64,000 nucleotides of DNA, taken from the IMG/VR virus record IMGVR_UViG_3300045988_147927, positions 138,995 to 202,994 of that record; one strand, given 5' to 3'. The notes under the pieces were generated by a model. That model had not been told where the DNA came from and ran no database searches. It saw nothing but the letters and a program-made list of their open reading frames with translations. This DNA comes from a virus. The translations under genes and the position numbers were made by a program. Shown here one piece after another: positions 27,998-37,218 of the stretch; position 1 is the stretch's first letter, and the number at the start of each line of letters is the position of its first letter.

Positions 27998-28183
27998 GAA
28001 ATGTTCATTGAAGCTGGCTATATTTATGCTCCATACTTGCCTTTATTCGCAAGTCAATTATTGGTTGATGCAGACTTCAAAGCACAACGTGGGTTCTGTA
28101 CACTATACGCCAAAAAAGCAGTAAATAAATATATGTATCATCGTTTGACTTTGGTAGATAACAAACAAGTAGCCGCTAACTAA
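27998..28183 (+). CDS. Major capsid protein, exon 4
   Basis: EMFIEAGYIYAPYLPLF... Joined to exon 3 it gives GAKGEMFIEAGYIYAPYLPL, with the same spacing as the gp23-type G.RGASEWDAGIFYAPYVPL. Confidence 0.75.
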   Translation, partial: EMFIEAGYIYAPYLPLFASQLLVDADFKAQRGFCTLYAKKAVNKYMYHRLTLVDNKQVAAN

Positions 28184-28261
28184 TTAAGGTTAAAATAGCT
28201 ACATAATATTCAGTAATATGTATTGAATATACTTTACAAAACTAAATAATATATCCAATTA

Positions 28262-28296
28262 ATAGAGATGAGTTTTATACTCATCTCTATTTTTAT
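28262..28296 (+). terminator. Rho-independent terminator after the capsid gene
   Basis: Stem atagagatgag / ctcatctctat followed by TTTTT. Confidence 0.8.
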
Positions 28297-28372
28297 TTGA
28301 ATATCTTTGTGTTTATGTTGTATAATTTAAATGTACATAGATGTAAGATATTGTAAAATAATGTAAGGTTAG

Positions 28373-29149
28373 TTGGAGGGTATATTGATAGTGAAAGATA
28401 TTTTAGCTAAAGATGGTATATTGTGTGGTATTCCTAGTGATAGGAGTTGTAATTTGATTGTATTGTTCTCTGGTGGATTTGATTCTACTGCATTATTACA
28501 TATGGCAGTTAATACTAAGAAGAAATATAATACTATAAAAACAGTATATGCTTTGTATGTTAAAAGTAATCTATTAGATGAAGGGAAAGTTAAGTTAGAG
28601 GAAAATCATGTAAAAAAGTTTATTTCTTATATTAATCAAGATGAGGAGATTGTAAAGTTAGTTACTTATGAGAGTTCATTTAGTGATTTAGAAGAGTATG
28701 CTTATAGTGAAAATTCATATGACTTAATATTTATTAATGCTATTAATTCAGTAGTACATATGATGGGTGGTGCTGATGTTAATATAGTATTGAATGGCTC
28801 ATTAGATGGAGATTCAAGGGTATATCATCTACCATATTATAAAAGTATGGTTGAAGGCTTCAATAAAGAGTATAGGGGTGTAGATGTGGTTATGATGTTC
28901 CCACTTATGCAGATTAATAAACCTAGAATTATAGATTATTTACTCAACAACAATTTATATCAGTATTGTACTTGTTGTGAGAGTCCTAATAGTGATGTCT
29001 TTTGTAATAGTTGTAAGGAGCATTTAAGGGCTTTATATGAATTATTACTTATCTATGATGTGTATGGTGATATTGAGCCTAAAGATGGAAATGAAGAGTT
29101 TGTTCGTGGTGAAATAAATAGGATACATGGGGTTGAGTCTGATGAGTGA
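28373..29149 (+). CDS. PP-loop ATPase, QueC-like
   Basis: LIVLFSGGFDSTALL (SGGxDS PP-loop). C-terminal Cys cluster CTCCES...FCNSCKEHLRA resembles the QueC zinc site. TTG start. Confidence 0.5.
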   Translation: MEGILIVKDILAKDGILCGIPSDRSCNLIVLFSGGFDSTALLHMAVNTKKKYNTIKTVYALYVKSNLLDEGKVKLEENHVKKFISYINQDEEIVKLVTYESSFSDLEEYAYSENSYDLIFINAINSVVHMMGGADVNIVLNGSLDGDSRVYHLPYYKSMVEGFNKEYRGVDVVMMFPLMQINKPRIIDYLLNNNLYQYCTCCESPNSDVFCNSCKEHLRALYELLLIYDVYGDIEPKDGNEEFVRGEINRIHGVESDE

Positions 29150-31091
29150 TACTAACGATAAAAGACACTTATGGGGTGGTAAGGGTAAAAGAACATATAA
29201 TAATGGTGTGATAGCTAAAAGATATTTTGAAGGTGAGCAACCTGAAGGATTTGTACTTGGAATGTTACCACGTACTGATGAGCAAAAGGCTAAAAGTAAT
29301 GCTAAGAGGGTTAAAACTACAATAGAGAAGTACGGTGTTTCTAATGTAGCACAGTCTAAAGATGTGTATGAAAAGATGTTAGAGACAAATCTTAAAAAGT
29401 ATGGTGTTGAGCATCCACAGACTCTTGAATCTCAAAAAGAAAAGGTAAAGAAAACAAATCTAGAGAGATATGGTACTACTAATGGTAAGGTGTTAAAACC
29501 AAAAGTAGATAAGCCTAAAAAAGAGAAAAAAGTAAAATTACCTAAAGTTAAAGATACTCGTAAAGGACATTACTATAATAATAGTATCATCACTAGAAAA
29601 ATTAAAGAGGGTGATGTTATACCTGATGGGTTTGTTAGAGGAATGTTATTAAGTGATGAACTTAAAAAGAATAGGTCAGCTAAGGCTAAAGAGACATTTC
29701 TCAAAAAATATGGTGTAGATAACCCTGCTAAGTCTAAAGAGGTACTAGTTAAGATACAGAAAACAAATTTAGATAGGTATGGTGTTGAATGTTCTGCACA
29801 ATCAGAAGTTGTTAAAGAAAAGATAAAAGCTACAAATCTTAAAAAATACGGTGTTGAGTATTCTTTTCAAGCAGAGGAAGTTAAGGATAAAATCAAAGCT
29901 ACAAGTCTAGAGAGGTATGGTGTAGAAAATCCATCTAAGTCAGAAGTTATTAAGAGTAAGATTGTTGAATCTAATCGTAAGAATTTAGGTGTAGATTATC
30001 CTATGCAGTCTAAGGATGTGATGGATAAGTCTAGGGCAACTTCTTTTGAAAAGTATGGAACTGAGTATCCTAATCAGTCAGAAATTGTTAAATCTAAGAT
30101 TGACGCTAGTACTTTAGAGCATTATGGTGTTAATCGTGCTTGTAAGTTAGATGAATTTAAGCAAAAAATCGTAGATACTAATAGAGAACGGTATGGTGTA
30201 GATTATACTTGTTTAATATATAGTGGTAAGTTAAAGGGTAATGACAGTAGTTACAACCGTTCTTTTGCTGAGTTATTAGATATTAATAACATTACATATG
30301 AGAGAGAGTTTTTATTACAAAAATATTCCTATGATTTTAAAGTAGGGAATACTTTGATTGAGATAGACCCCACTGCTACTCATAATACTTATTTCAGCCC
30401 TTATGGTGATAATAGAATTGATGTTAATTATCATAGAGATAAGACTAAGTTAGCTAAAGATAATGGATATAGTGTAATTCATATATTTGAATGGGATGAT
30501 ATTAATAAAGTTATGCAATTATTGAAAAATAGGGTTACTGTATATGCTAGAAAATGTGAAGTAAGGATGGTTAGTGATGTAGATACTGGTAATTACTTAG
30601 ATACATACCATTTACAGGGTACTTGTAGAGGACAGAAAATTAGATTAGGTCTATATTATGATAATCAATTAGTATCATTAATGACTTTTGGTAAATCACG
30701 TTTTAATAAAAATTGTGAATATGAATTATTGAGATATTGTGCTAGTTACAATGTAGTAGGTGGTGCTGAGAAGTTATTTAAGTACTTTGTAGATAATTAT
30801 AAACCTAGCAGCATTGTGTCATATTGTGATACATCAAAATTTAGTGGTAAGGTGTATGATACTTTGAGTTTTGAGTTTATTAAGACAAACAAACCTAGAA
30901 AGCATTGGTATAGTATGAAAGAGAAACGTCATATTACTGATGGATTATTATTAAGTCAGGGATATGATAGATTATTTAAAGAGAATCATGGTAAAGGCAC
31001 TTCTAATGAAGAGTTAATTCTTAGTAGAGGGTATTTACCTGTATATGATTGTGGTCAATCAACTTATATTTGGAGAAGTGATAATGTCTAG
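29142..31091 (+). CDS. Free-standing endonuclease-like protein: about 12 tandem 32-33-aa KYGV repeats + PD-(D/E)xK-like core + C-terminal domain
   Basis: Repeats of the type T.LKKYGVENPSQS.EVK.KIK. Core FAELLD...YEREF...YSYDFKVGNTLIEIDPTATHN. ATG 29142 overlaps the upstream stop (ATGAGTGA). Confidence 0.5.
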   Translation: MSDTNDKRHLWGGKGKRTYNNGVIAKRYFEGEQPEGFVLGMLPRTDEQKAKSNAKRVKTTIEKYGVSNVAQSKDVYEKMLETNLKKYGVEHPQTLESQKEKVKKTNLERYGTTNGKVLKPKVDKPKKEKKVKLPKVKDTRKGHYYNNSIITRKIKEGDVIPDGFVRGMLLSDELKKNRSAKAKETFLKKYGVDNPAKSKEVLVKIQKTNLDRYGVECSAQSEVVKEKIKATNLKKYGVEYSFQAEEVKDKIKATSLERYGVENPSKSEVIKSKIVESNRKNLGVDYPMQSKDVMDKSRATSFEKYGTEYPNQSEIVKSKIDASTLEHYGVNRACKLDEFKQKIVDTNRERYGVDYTCLIYSGKLKGNDSSYNRSFAELLDINNITYEREFLLQKYSYDFKVGNTLIEIDPTATHNTYFSPYGDNRIDVNYHRDKTKLAKDNGYSVIHIFEWDDINKVMQLLKNRVTVYARKCEVRMVSDVDTGNYLDTYHLQGTCRGQKIRLGLYYDNQLVSLMTFGKSRFNKNCEYELLRYCASYNVVGGAEKLFKYFVDNYKPSSIVSYCDTSKFSGKVYDTLSFEFIKTNKPRKHWYSMKEKRHITDGLLLSQGYDRLFKENHGKGTSNEELILSRGYLPVYDCGQSTYIWRSDNV

Positions 31092-32487
31092 TAGGGTTAA
31101 AAAGAAATATTATCATAATGGCATTGTTAATAAAATGTATGAGGAGGGTAAACAGCCAGATGGTTTTGTACTAGGAATGTTACCACGTACAAAAGAAAAA
31201 CAAGATGCTATTAATAAAAAGAGAGAAGAGACTACATTAAAGAAGTATGGTGTTTCTCATGTGTCGCATTTAAGTGATGTTAAGTCTAAAAAGAAAAAGT
31301 CTTTACTAGAGCATTATGGGGTAGATAATCCATCTAAGTCTAAGGAGATACAAAATAAGAAAAGAGATATCTTTATTAAGAAGTATGGTGTAGATAACCC
31401 TATGAAGTCTGAAGAGATTAAACAGAAGTTTAGGGATAACTATAACACTAAATATGGTGTAGATAATCCTTTTCAATTAGATGTTGTTAAAGATAAAATC
31501 AAAGATACTAGTAGGGAAAATTTAGGTGTAGATTATCCTACTCAATGTCAAGAGGTTAGAGATAAGGTTAGGAATACCTTTATGGAACGATATGGTGTAC
31601 CGTATACATTTATGTTGTCTAAAGAGTGGATAGAGGCTAATGATAGTAAACCTAACAGAGATTTTGCTGAGTTGTTAGATACTAACAATATTAAGTATGA
31701 ACGTGAGTTTAGGTGTGGTAAGTATTCATATGATTTTAAAATAGGGAATACACTTATAGAGATAAACCCTACAGCTACACACAATACTCATTTTAGTCCT
31801 TATGGTGATAATAGAATTGATTCAAATTATCACAGAGATAAATCTAAGTTAGCTAATGATAATGATTATAGTGTAATACATATATTTGACTGGGATGATA
31901 AGAATAAGATTATCAATCTTCTTAGAGATAGGGATATAGTATATGCTAGAAAATGTGATATAAGATTAGTTGATAGTGTAGAGTGTAATCAATATCTTAT
32001 GACATACCATTTACAGGGTAAGTGTAATAATCAAACAATTAGATTAGGGTTATATTATGATAATCAATTAGTATCATTAATGACTTTTGGTAAGCCTAGA
32101 TATAACAGTAGGTATGAGTATGAGTTGTTGAGATACTGTGCTAGTCATAATGTAATAGGTGGTGCTGAGAAGTTATTTAAGTATTTTATTAATACCTATA
32201 AACCTAGCAGCATTGTGTCATATTGTGATACATCAAAATTTAGTGGTAAAGCCTATGACACTTTGGGGTTTAATAGGGTTAATGATAATAAACCATCTTG
32301 CCATTGGTATAGTGTAGAAGAAGATAAACATATAACTGATAATTTGTTGCGTATGCAAGGGTATGATAGACTTTTCAAAGAAAATCATGGTAAAGGGACT
32401 TCTAATGAAGAATTAATTCTAGCTAGGGGATATTTACCAGTATATGATTGTGGACAGTCTACTTATGTTTATATTAATAAAAAATAA
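31084..32487 (+). CDS. Paralogue of the preceding endonuclease-like protein (fewer repeats)
   Basis: Same N-terminus (YHNGIVNKMYEEGKQPDGFVLGMLPRT), KYGV repeats, core YSYDFKIGNTLIEINPTATHN and a near-identical C-terminal domain. ATG 31084 follows GGAG. Confidence 0.5.
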   Translation: MSSRVKKKYYHNGIVNKMYEEGKQPDGFVLGMLPRTKEKQDAINKKREETTLKKYGVSHVSHLSDVKSKKKKSLLEHYGVDNPSKSKEIQNKKRDIFIKKYGVDNPMKSEEIKQKFRDNYNTKYGVDNPFQLDVVKDKIKDTSRENLGVDYPTQCQEVRDKVRNTFMERYGVPYTFMLSKEWIEANDSKPNRDFAELLDTNNIKYEREFRCGKYSYDFKIGNTLIEINPTATHNTHFSPYGDNRIDSNYHRDKSKLANDNDYSVIHIFDWDDKNKIINLLRDRDIVYARKCDIRLVDSVECNQYLMTYHLQGKCNNQTIRLGLYYDNQLVSLMTFGKPRYNSRYEYELLRYCASHNVIGGAEKLFKYFINTYKPSSIVSYCDTSKFSGKAYDTLGFNRVNDNKPSCHWYSVEEDKHITDNLLRMQGYDRLFKENHGKGTSNEELILARGYLPVYDCGQSTYVYINKK

Positions 32488-32665
32488 CAAATAAAATTAA
32501 TGTGTACTATATATAGGAGTGGATATATTAATTTTAGAATTTGTAAAATAGTTTGGATATATTGATTTAGTTTTGTTAGTCGATATATGTTACTGAGGAT
32601 GTATAGGATTCTATTGAAGTATTCTATATGTCCTTTATTTTACATTAGAGAAATAGGAGATATTG

Positions 32666-33205
32666 ATGGGTTTAGAGTTATATAATACAACTAAAAACAC
32701 AATTCGTATTCCTGAGTACAATTATAATGGCACATTGGTGTTTGCTCCTAATGAAGCAAAACCATTGGATAGTTTAGATAAGGTTGGTTTCTTCCGTCCT
32801 TATGCTAGGGCTGGTATTATTGTGAGGAATAGTGATGTTGACTTAGGTTTATCTCAACGTACTATTGATGACATTAAGCATGCTAAAGAGGAATTAAAAG
32901 GTCATGTTTCTAAAGTGGCTGATAGTGTTGTTGATAGTGTTAAGAATGTTTCAGATAAAACTAAAGATGCAGTTAAATCTGTAACTGATAATGCTGGTAA
33001 AATTGCTAGTGATGTTGTAGAAGATACAGTTAGTGATGTTACTGAAAAAGTAGAAAAAGTAAAAAAATTCACTGCTGATTTTCTTGATACTTTAACATTA
33101 AAAGAGTTGAAAGCTACTGCTAAAGAAGTAGGTGTAGATGCTGATAGTGTTAATAAAAAAGCAGACGTTAAGGAAATGATTTTATCTGCACAAAATAAAA
33201 AATAG
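32666..33205 (+). CDS. hypothetical protein with C-terminal helix-extended-helix (SAP/Rho-N-like) motif
   Basis: ATG after AGGAG. C-terminus LTLKELKATAKEVGVDADSVNKKADVKEMI. Confidence 0.55.
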   Translation: MGLELYNTTKNTIRIPEYNYNGTLVFAPNEAKPLDSLDKVGFFRPYARAGIIVRNSDVDLGLSQRTIDDIKHAKEELKGHVSKVADSVVDSVKNVSDKTKDAVKSVTDNAGKIASDVVEDTVSDVTEKVEKVKKFTADFLDTLTLKELKATAKEVGVDADSVNKKADVKEMILSAQNKK

Positions 33206-33226
33206 ATATATAGAGGGTGAGTAGTC

Positions 33227-34057
33227 ATGAGTAGAATAGACGATAATTTACTTGTAGATAGTAGTTCATTTAGTAATGACTACATGGAATCACTTTCTAA
33301 AGAACGCAGAGATATTATTGAGGATTGTATGGTGGCTTTAGGTTATCCTGTAATCACTCTATATATTACTCAGCGTCAAATTGACAGGTTAATAGATTTT
33401 GCAACTCGTAGGTGTGAGAGTAAGGTATCGTTACCATATTTAGCAACTTTTAGTGTCGGAAATGGTGTTGTTGATGTTAGTGGTTATGATATGTTAGCTG
33501 TTAGACAGATATATAATGGAGTTGGCAGTGGGGTATCTACAGAAAATGCTAATTTAGTGGCAAACCCAGATAGTCCTAATAGTGGTTGTAATATTTCAAT
33601 GAGTAATTGTGATATTTGTAATCAATTATGCCAGTATCGTGGTATGCAGTCTTTAGCTGGCTCATATGGTACAAAAGGGATATATGATTATGTAGCATAT
33701 GCTGGTGCTAAGTCAGAGTTAAATGTGCTAATGACTAATGATTGGTATTTAGACCCTACTGATAATAAGTTATATGTTGATGGTTTTAGTGGTGTTGTTA
33801 CAGTAGAGTATGTGAAATCTAATAATTCTTTTGAGGATATAGCTAAGGATAACTTTTGGAGGCAGTGGATTCGTGATTATACACTTGCTATGGTTAAAAT
33901 CACTGAGGGACGTATTCGTTCTAAGTATAAGATTAGTAGTGGTGTGTTTGAGATTGAGTCTGATGAGTTGATAAGTGAAGGTAACAATGATAAACAGGAA
34001 TTAGAGCAACGATTGGAAGATGGTGGCTTTGGTTATTGGAATATCATGAGAGGTTAG
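33227..34057 (+). CDS. hypothetical protein (structural-module position)
   Basis: 276-aa ORF. RBS AGAGGGTGA. Confidence 0.6.
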   Translation: MSRIDDNLLVDSSSFSNDYMESLSKERRDIIEDCMVALGYPVITLYITQRQIDRLIDFATRRCESKVSLPYLATFSVGNGVVDVSGYDMLAVRQIYNGVGSGVSTENANLVANPDSPNSGCNISMSNCDICNQLCQYRGMQSLAGSYGTKGIYDYVAYAGAKSELNVLMTNDWYLDPTDNKLYVDGFSGVVTVEYVKSNNSFEDIAKDNFWRQWIRDYTLAMVKITEGRIRSKYKISSGVFEIESDELISEGNNDKQELEQRLEDGGFGYWNIMRG

Positions 34058-34082
34058 TTATATTCTTAGGAAGGTAGTATTA

Positions 34083-34607
34083 ATGAAGTTTACAAATTGC
34101 CCTTTTGGTGATAATACTCCAACACTTATTGGTGGTGTAGGTGGAGGACAGCAAGTTAGGTGGTTGTACTCCGAGTTTGACCATTTTTTAAATGTGTGGG
34201 GTAAAAATAATGGTGTTAATGTTACTTTCAATCTAAGGTCTAAAGATGATATTGATGCTAAATTAGATATGCTACATCAATATGTTTTAAATGGTTCTTT
34301 GTCAAAAGAAGATTTGTGTGAGTTAGAGGAAAGGTTAAGGACATATAGTAACCTTTCAAGTGGTGGTAATGGTAGTCATACTCATTCTGCTATAGTTTCT
34401 GAGGCACATAAAAAGGGTGAGAAATATACAACTTATCAAGATGGTAAGTTGGTAGAGAAAGTTGGTAGGGGTAAGCGTAAGCATATTACTCAGGCTCAAC
34501 TTAAAGCCTTAGCTGAGGCTAGGAAAAAGGCTCATTCAGATGAGGCTCGTGCTAAAAGAAGAAAATCTATTCAAGCAAGGCGAGATGCCAAGATTTTAGA
34601 TATTTAA
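34083..34607 (+). CDS. hypothetical protein with basic C-terminus
   Basis: 174-aa ORF. RBS AGGAAGG. Confidence 0.6.
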   Translation: MKFTNCPFGDNTPTLIGGVGGGQQVRWLYSEFDHFLNVWGKNNGVNVTFNLRSKDDIDAKLDMLHQYVLNGSLSKEDLCELEERLRTYSNLSSGGNGSHTHSAIVSEAHKKGEKYTTYQDGKLVEKVGRGKRKHITQAQLKALAEARKKAHSDEARAKRRKSIQARRDAKILDI

Positions 34608-34667
34608 CATTATACATAAAATTAGTTATACAAAATAAATTTTTGATTTTAGGGGGATACCTTATAA

Positions 34668-35861
34668 ATGAGGCAAGTAAGAAAATTAAGCAATTTGATT
34701 GCTGATGAGTTGGAAATGCAGGGTATGAAGTCTGGTTCTGCTTTGTTTGAATCAACAGTTTCTAGCATTGTTAAAAGTGTTAATGAAGCATTGAAAGATG
34801 CTGACCGTAAAGATGCTGGTAATACTGATGTTTTTGAAGAAGTAGAAGAGGGTTCTTTCTACTTTGCTACTGACGATACAGTTCTAGGTGACTATGAGGT
34901 TAATCAAGATGAAATTGTAGAGTTGGTTACGAATGGTGAACCTTGCATTGTTAATATTTATGATGTTGATGGTGAGTTGCGTGAAGATGGTGTAGAAGTA
35001 CCTGCCGAGGCTTTTGTAGCATTTGTTGAAGATGCTGATGAAGTTGTGGTAGAGGATGCTGAAGAACTCTTTGATGAAGATGATGAAGAAATCGAAGAAG
35101 GTGCTAAAATCTCTTTCAAGGGTGGTAAAAAACGTAAAATCAACGCTAAAAAAGCAAAACTTCTTTTGAAATCTAAACAAAAAGGTGAGAAGTGGAAAGT
35201 TCAAGGCGATAAATTGGTTCGTAGGTCTGCCGCAGAAATCAAAGCATCTAAGAAAAATATTAAGAAAGCTAAAAAAGGTAAAGCTAAAGCTAAGAAAAAC
35301 CGCAAAAAAGCCATGAAGGCAAATGAATGTGTTGTTGTAGAGGGTTTTGATATTTCTGCAAATGGCACAATCTTCCATGTAGAAGATGGTGATATCTTAA
35401 CATATGAAGATGGTTTCTTGACTGTAACACGTGATGGTGTAGAAGTATTCTCTAATTTGACAGTTTCTGAATCTTTCATTTCTCGTTGCATTTCTGAGGG
35501 TGTTGTTGAAGATGATGACACTGAAGAATTGGATGAATCTAAAAAATCTAAATGTGTTAAAGAAGATTCTGAGGAAGAAGATTCTGAGGAAGAAGATTCT
35601 GAGGAAGATATTGATGAAGATGATGATTCCGATGAGGATGATGAAGAAGATTCCGATGAGGAAGAAGATTCTGATGAAGATGAAGTTTCTGAATCTATGT
35701 TGACTTGGAAAGTTGGTAAAGGTTATTGCTTAGTGTCAGAGGGTAGGGAATTACAAATGGGTAATCGTATCCGTGCTAGGGCAATGCTTTTAAATGAAGG
35801 TTTTGAAGTTAAATCTTCTGACTTAGATAAAGCAGCTAGTGGTAAAGTTGTAGTTCTTTAG
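34668..35861 (+). CDS. Highly charged protein (acidic blocks flanking a Lys-rich block)
   Basis: 397-aa ORF. RBS GGGGGA. KKAKKGKAKAKKNRKKAMK block and DSEEEDSEEEDSEED...DDEEDSDEEEDSDEDE block. Confidence 0.6.
   Translation: MRQVRKLSNLIADELEMQGMKSGSALFESTVSSIVKSVNEALKDADRKDAGNTDVFEEVEEGSFYFATDDTVLGDYEVNQDEIVELVTNGEPCIVNIYDVDGELREDGVEVPAEAFVAFVEDADEVVVEDAEELFDEDDEEIEEGAKISFKGGKKRKINAKKAKLLLKSKQKGEKWKVQGDKLVRRSAAEIKASKKNIKKAKKGKAKAKKNRKKAMKANECVVVEGFDISANGTIFHVEDGDILTYEDGFLTVTRDGVEVFSNLTVSESFISRCISEGVVEDDDTEELDESKKSKCVKEDSEEEDSEEEDSEEDIDEDDDSDEDDEEDSDEEEDSDEDEVSESMLTWKVGKGYCLVSEGRELQMGNRIRARAMLLNEGFEVKSSDLDKAASGKVVVL
35562..35606 (+). repeat. 3 x 15-bp in-frame tandem repeat (gaagattctgaggaa)
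   Basis: Read directly. Encodes (EDSEE)3. Confidence 0.9.
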
Positions 35862-35876
35862 TAGAGGTGTCTTAGA

Positions 35877-36686
35877 ATGGGTAAATTGTATTTGAGTGAT
35901 ACATTAAATCTCATTCTATCAGATGATTATAACGTAGAAGATAGTGATATTAAAAGGCTATCTTCTACTTTTTATAATTTAGGTATTTCTGATAATAATG
36001 AGTTATATGGGATTCTATTTATGATTTATTCCATAGCTAAATCTGATATTACATTACCTGTTTCGGTTGGTTTATTTAGAGATATATGGGATTCTAATGG
36101 TGGTGTCAGTTTAGATTTTGTGTCAACATTAGCTAATTTTGTCAAGGGTGGTTTTATTAAGTTAAGTAAACAAAAACTAGATGGTGGTCTTAGTGGTAAT
36201 ATCACAGGTGATGAGAGTCTAGAAAGTATTATTGTGTTTGTTAATGGTACTGATTTACTTAATAGTTGTGTTCAAGTTTTCAAGGATTTTATAAAATCTA
36301 AAGAAGTTTCAATACAAGAGGGTGTTGGTGTTAATGAAGTGCCGTCTTTTGTTAAAACTTATATTAAGAGATTATATGATGTTTTAGATGATTTGAGTGT
36401 TTATGTTGAGTTGGAATCTTTTTCTGATGAAGATTCAGTTAGAAGGGTTAATTTAAATATTAATAACACTTCTAAATATGACATTAGTGATAGTGCTATT
36501 GAAAAGTTAGCTAAGTCTTTTATTAAGAATGGTGAGAGACGTGTTGTTGATGTAGAGTGCTATAAGGATAGTAGTAGAACTTTGTTCTTAGGTATTGATT
36601 TTAGGAAAGATACAAAAGATTTTAATTTCTCATGTGCAGATATTTTTAATTTCATTGAGGATTTAGAAGTTAATCATGTGAGGTAA
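35877..36686 (+). CDS. hypothetical protein
   Basis: 269-aa ORF. RBS AGAGGTG. Confidence 0.6.
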   Translation: MGKLYLSDTLNLILSDDYNVEDSDIKRLSSTFYNLGISDNNELYGILFMIYSIAKSDITLPVSVGLFRDIWDSNGGVSLDFVSTLANFVKGGFIKLSKQKLDGGLSGNITGDESLESIIVFVNGTDLLNSCVQVFKDFIKSKEVSIQEGVGVNEVPSFVKTYIKRLYDVLDDLSVYVELESFSDEDSVRRVNLNINNTSKYDISDSAIEKLAKSFIKNGERRVVDVECYKDSSRTLFLGIDFRKDTKDFNFSCADIFNFIEDLEVNHVR

Positions 36687-36707
36687 TGTATAGAGTGGTG
36701 GGTGTAT

Positions 36708-37157
36708 ATGGAAATTATAAATCGTGGTGGAACTAATATATTAAAGGCTATACAACAAGGTGCTAAAGAAGTTAGTAAGAGAAATGGTATAGCTGATATG
36801 CATCTTGTTGATGATAGTACTGTTCAGTCTAAGGTTGAAGAGGCTTTTGGTTCTATACCCAATTCTAGTCATACATCTGGTGGACAGGAAGTTTTTACAA
36901 ACTATAATTCTGTTGCTAAGGTAAGTTCAAATATAGCTAAAAATGTATCTTTTGAGGATAAATTAGTCTTGAAGTTACAGAAATGTATAGAGACTCTTGC
37001 TGATACTGGTGAGTACTATAATGCTGTTGATGCCTTATTCACTTTATATACTATGGATTCTCTGACAGATGGTGTTGTTGATAGTATCACAAGAAGAGAT
37101 TTAAAAGAGATAAAGAGTATTGTATCTGAGTTTAAAGAGATGGTAGACTCTTTATAA
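36708..37157 (+). CDS. hypothetical protein
   Basis: ORF 36702..37157. ATG 36708 follows GGTGGGTG. Confidence 0.6.
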   Translation: MEIINRGGTNILKAIQQGAKEVSKRNGIADMHLVDDSTVQSKVEEAFGSIPNSSHTSGGQEVFTNYNSVAKVSSNIAKNVSFEDKLVLKLQKCIETLADTGEYYNAVDALFTLYTMDSLTDGVVDSITRRDLKEIKSIVSEFKEMVDSL

Positions 37158-37218
37158 GTTTTGATAGTATGGTATAATATATGTTATTATGTCATATTAT
37201 TTATAAAGAGGTTATATT

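Larger units (their letters stand above)
29142..32487 (+). repeat. Tandem gene duplication (long near-identical nucleotide blocks between the two copies)
   Basis: For example, aaacctagcagcattgtgtcatattgtgatacatcaaaatttagtggtaa occurs in both copies (about 30801-30850 and about 32201-32250), and ttagtatcattaatgacttttggtaa occurs in both. Confidence 0.85.
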
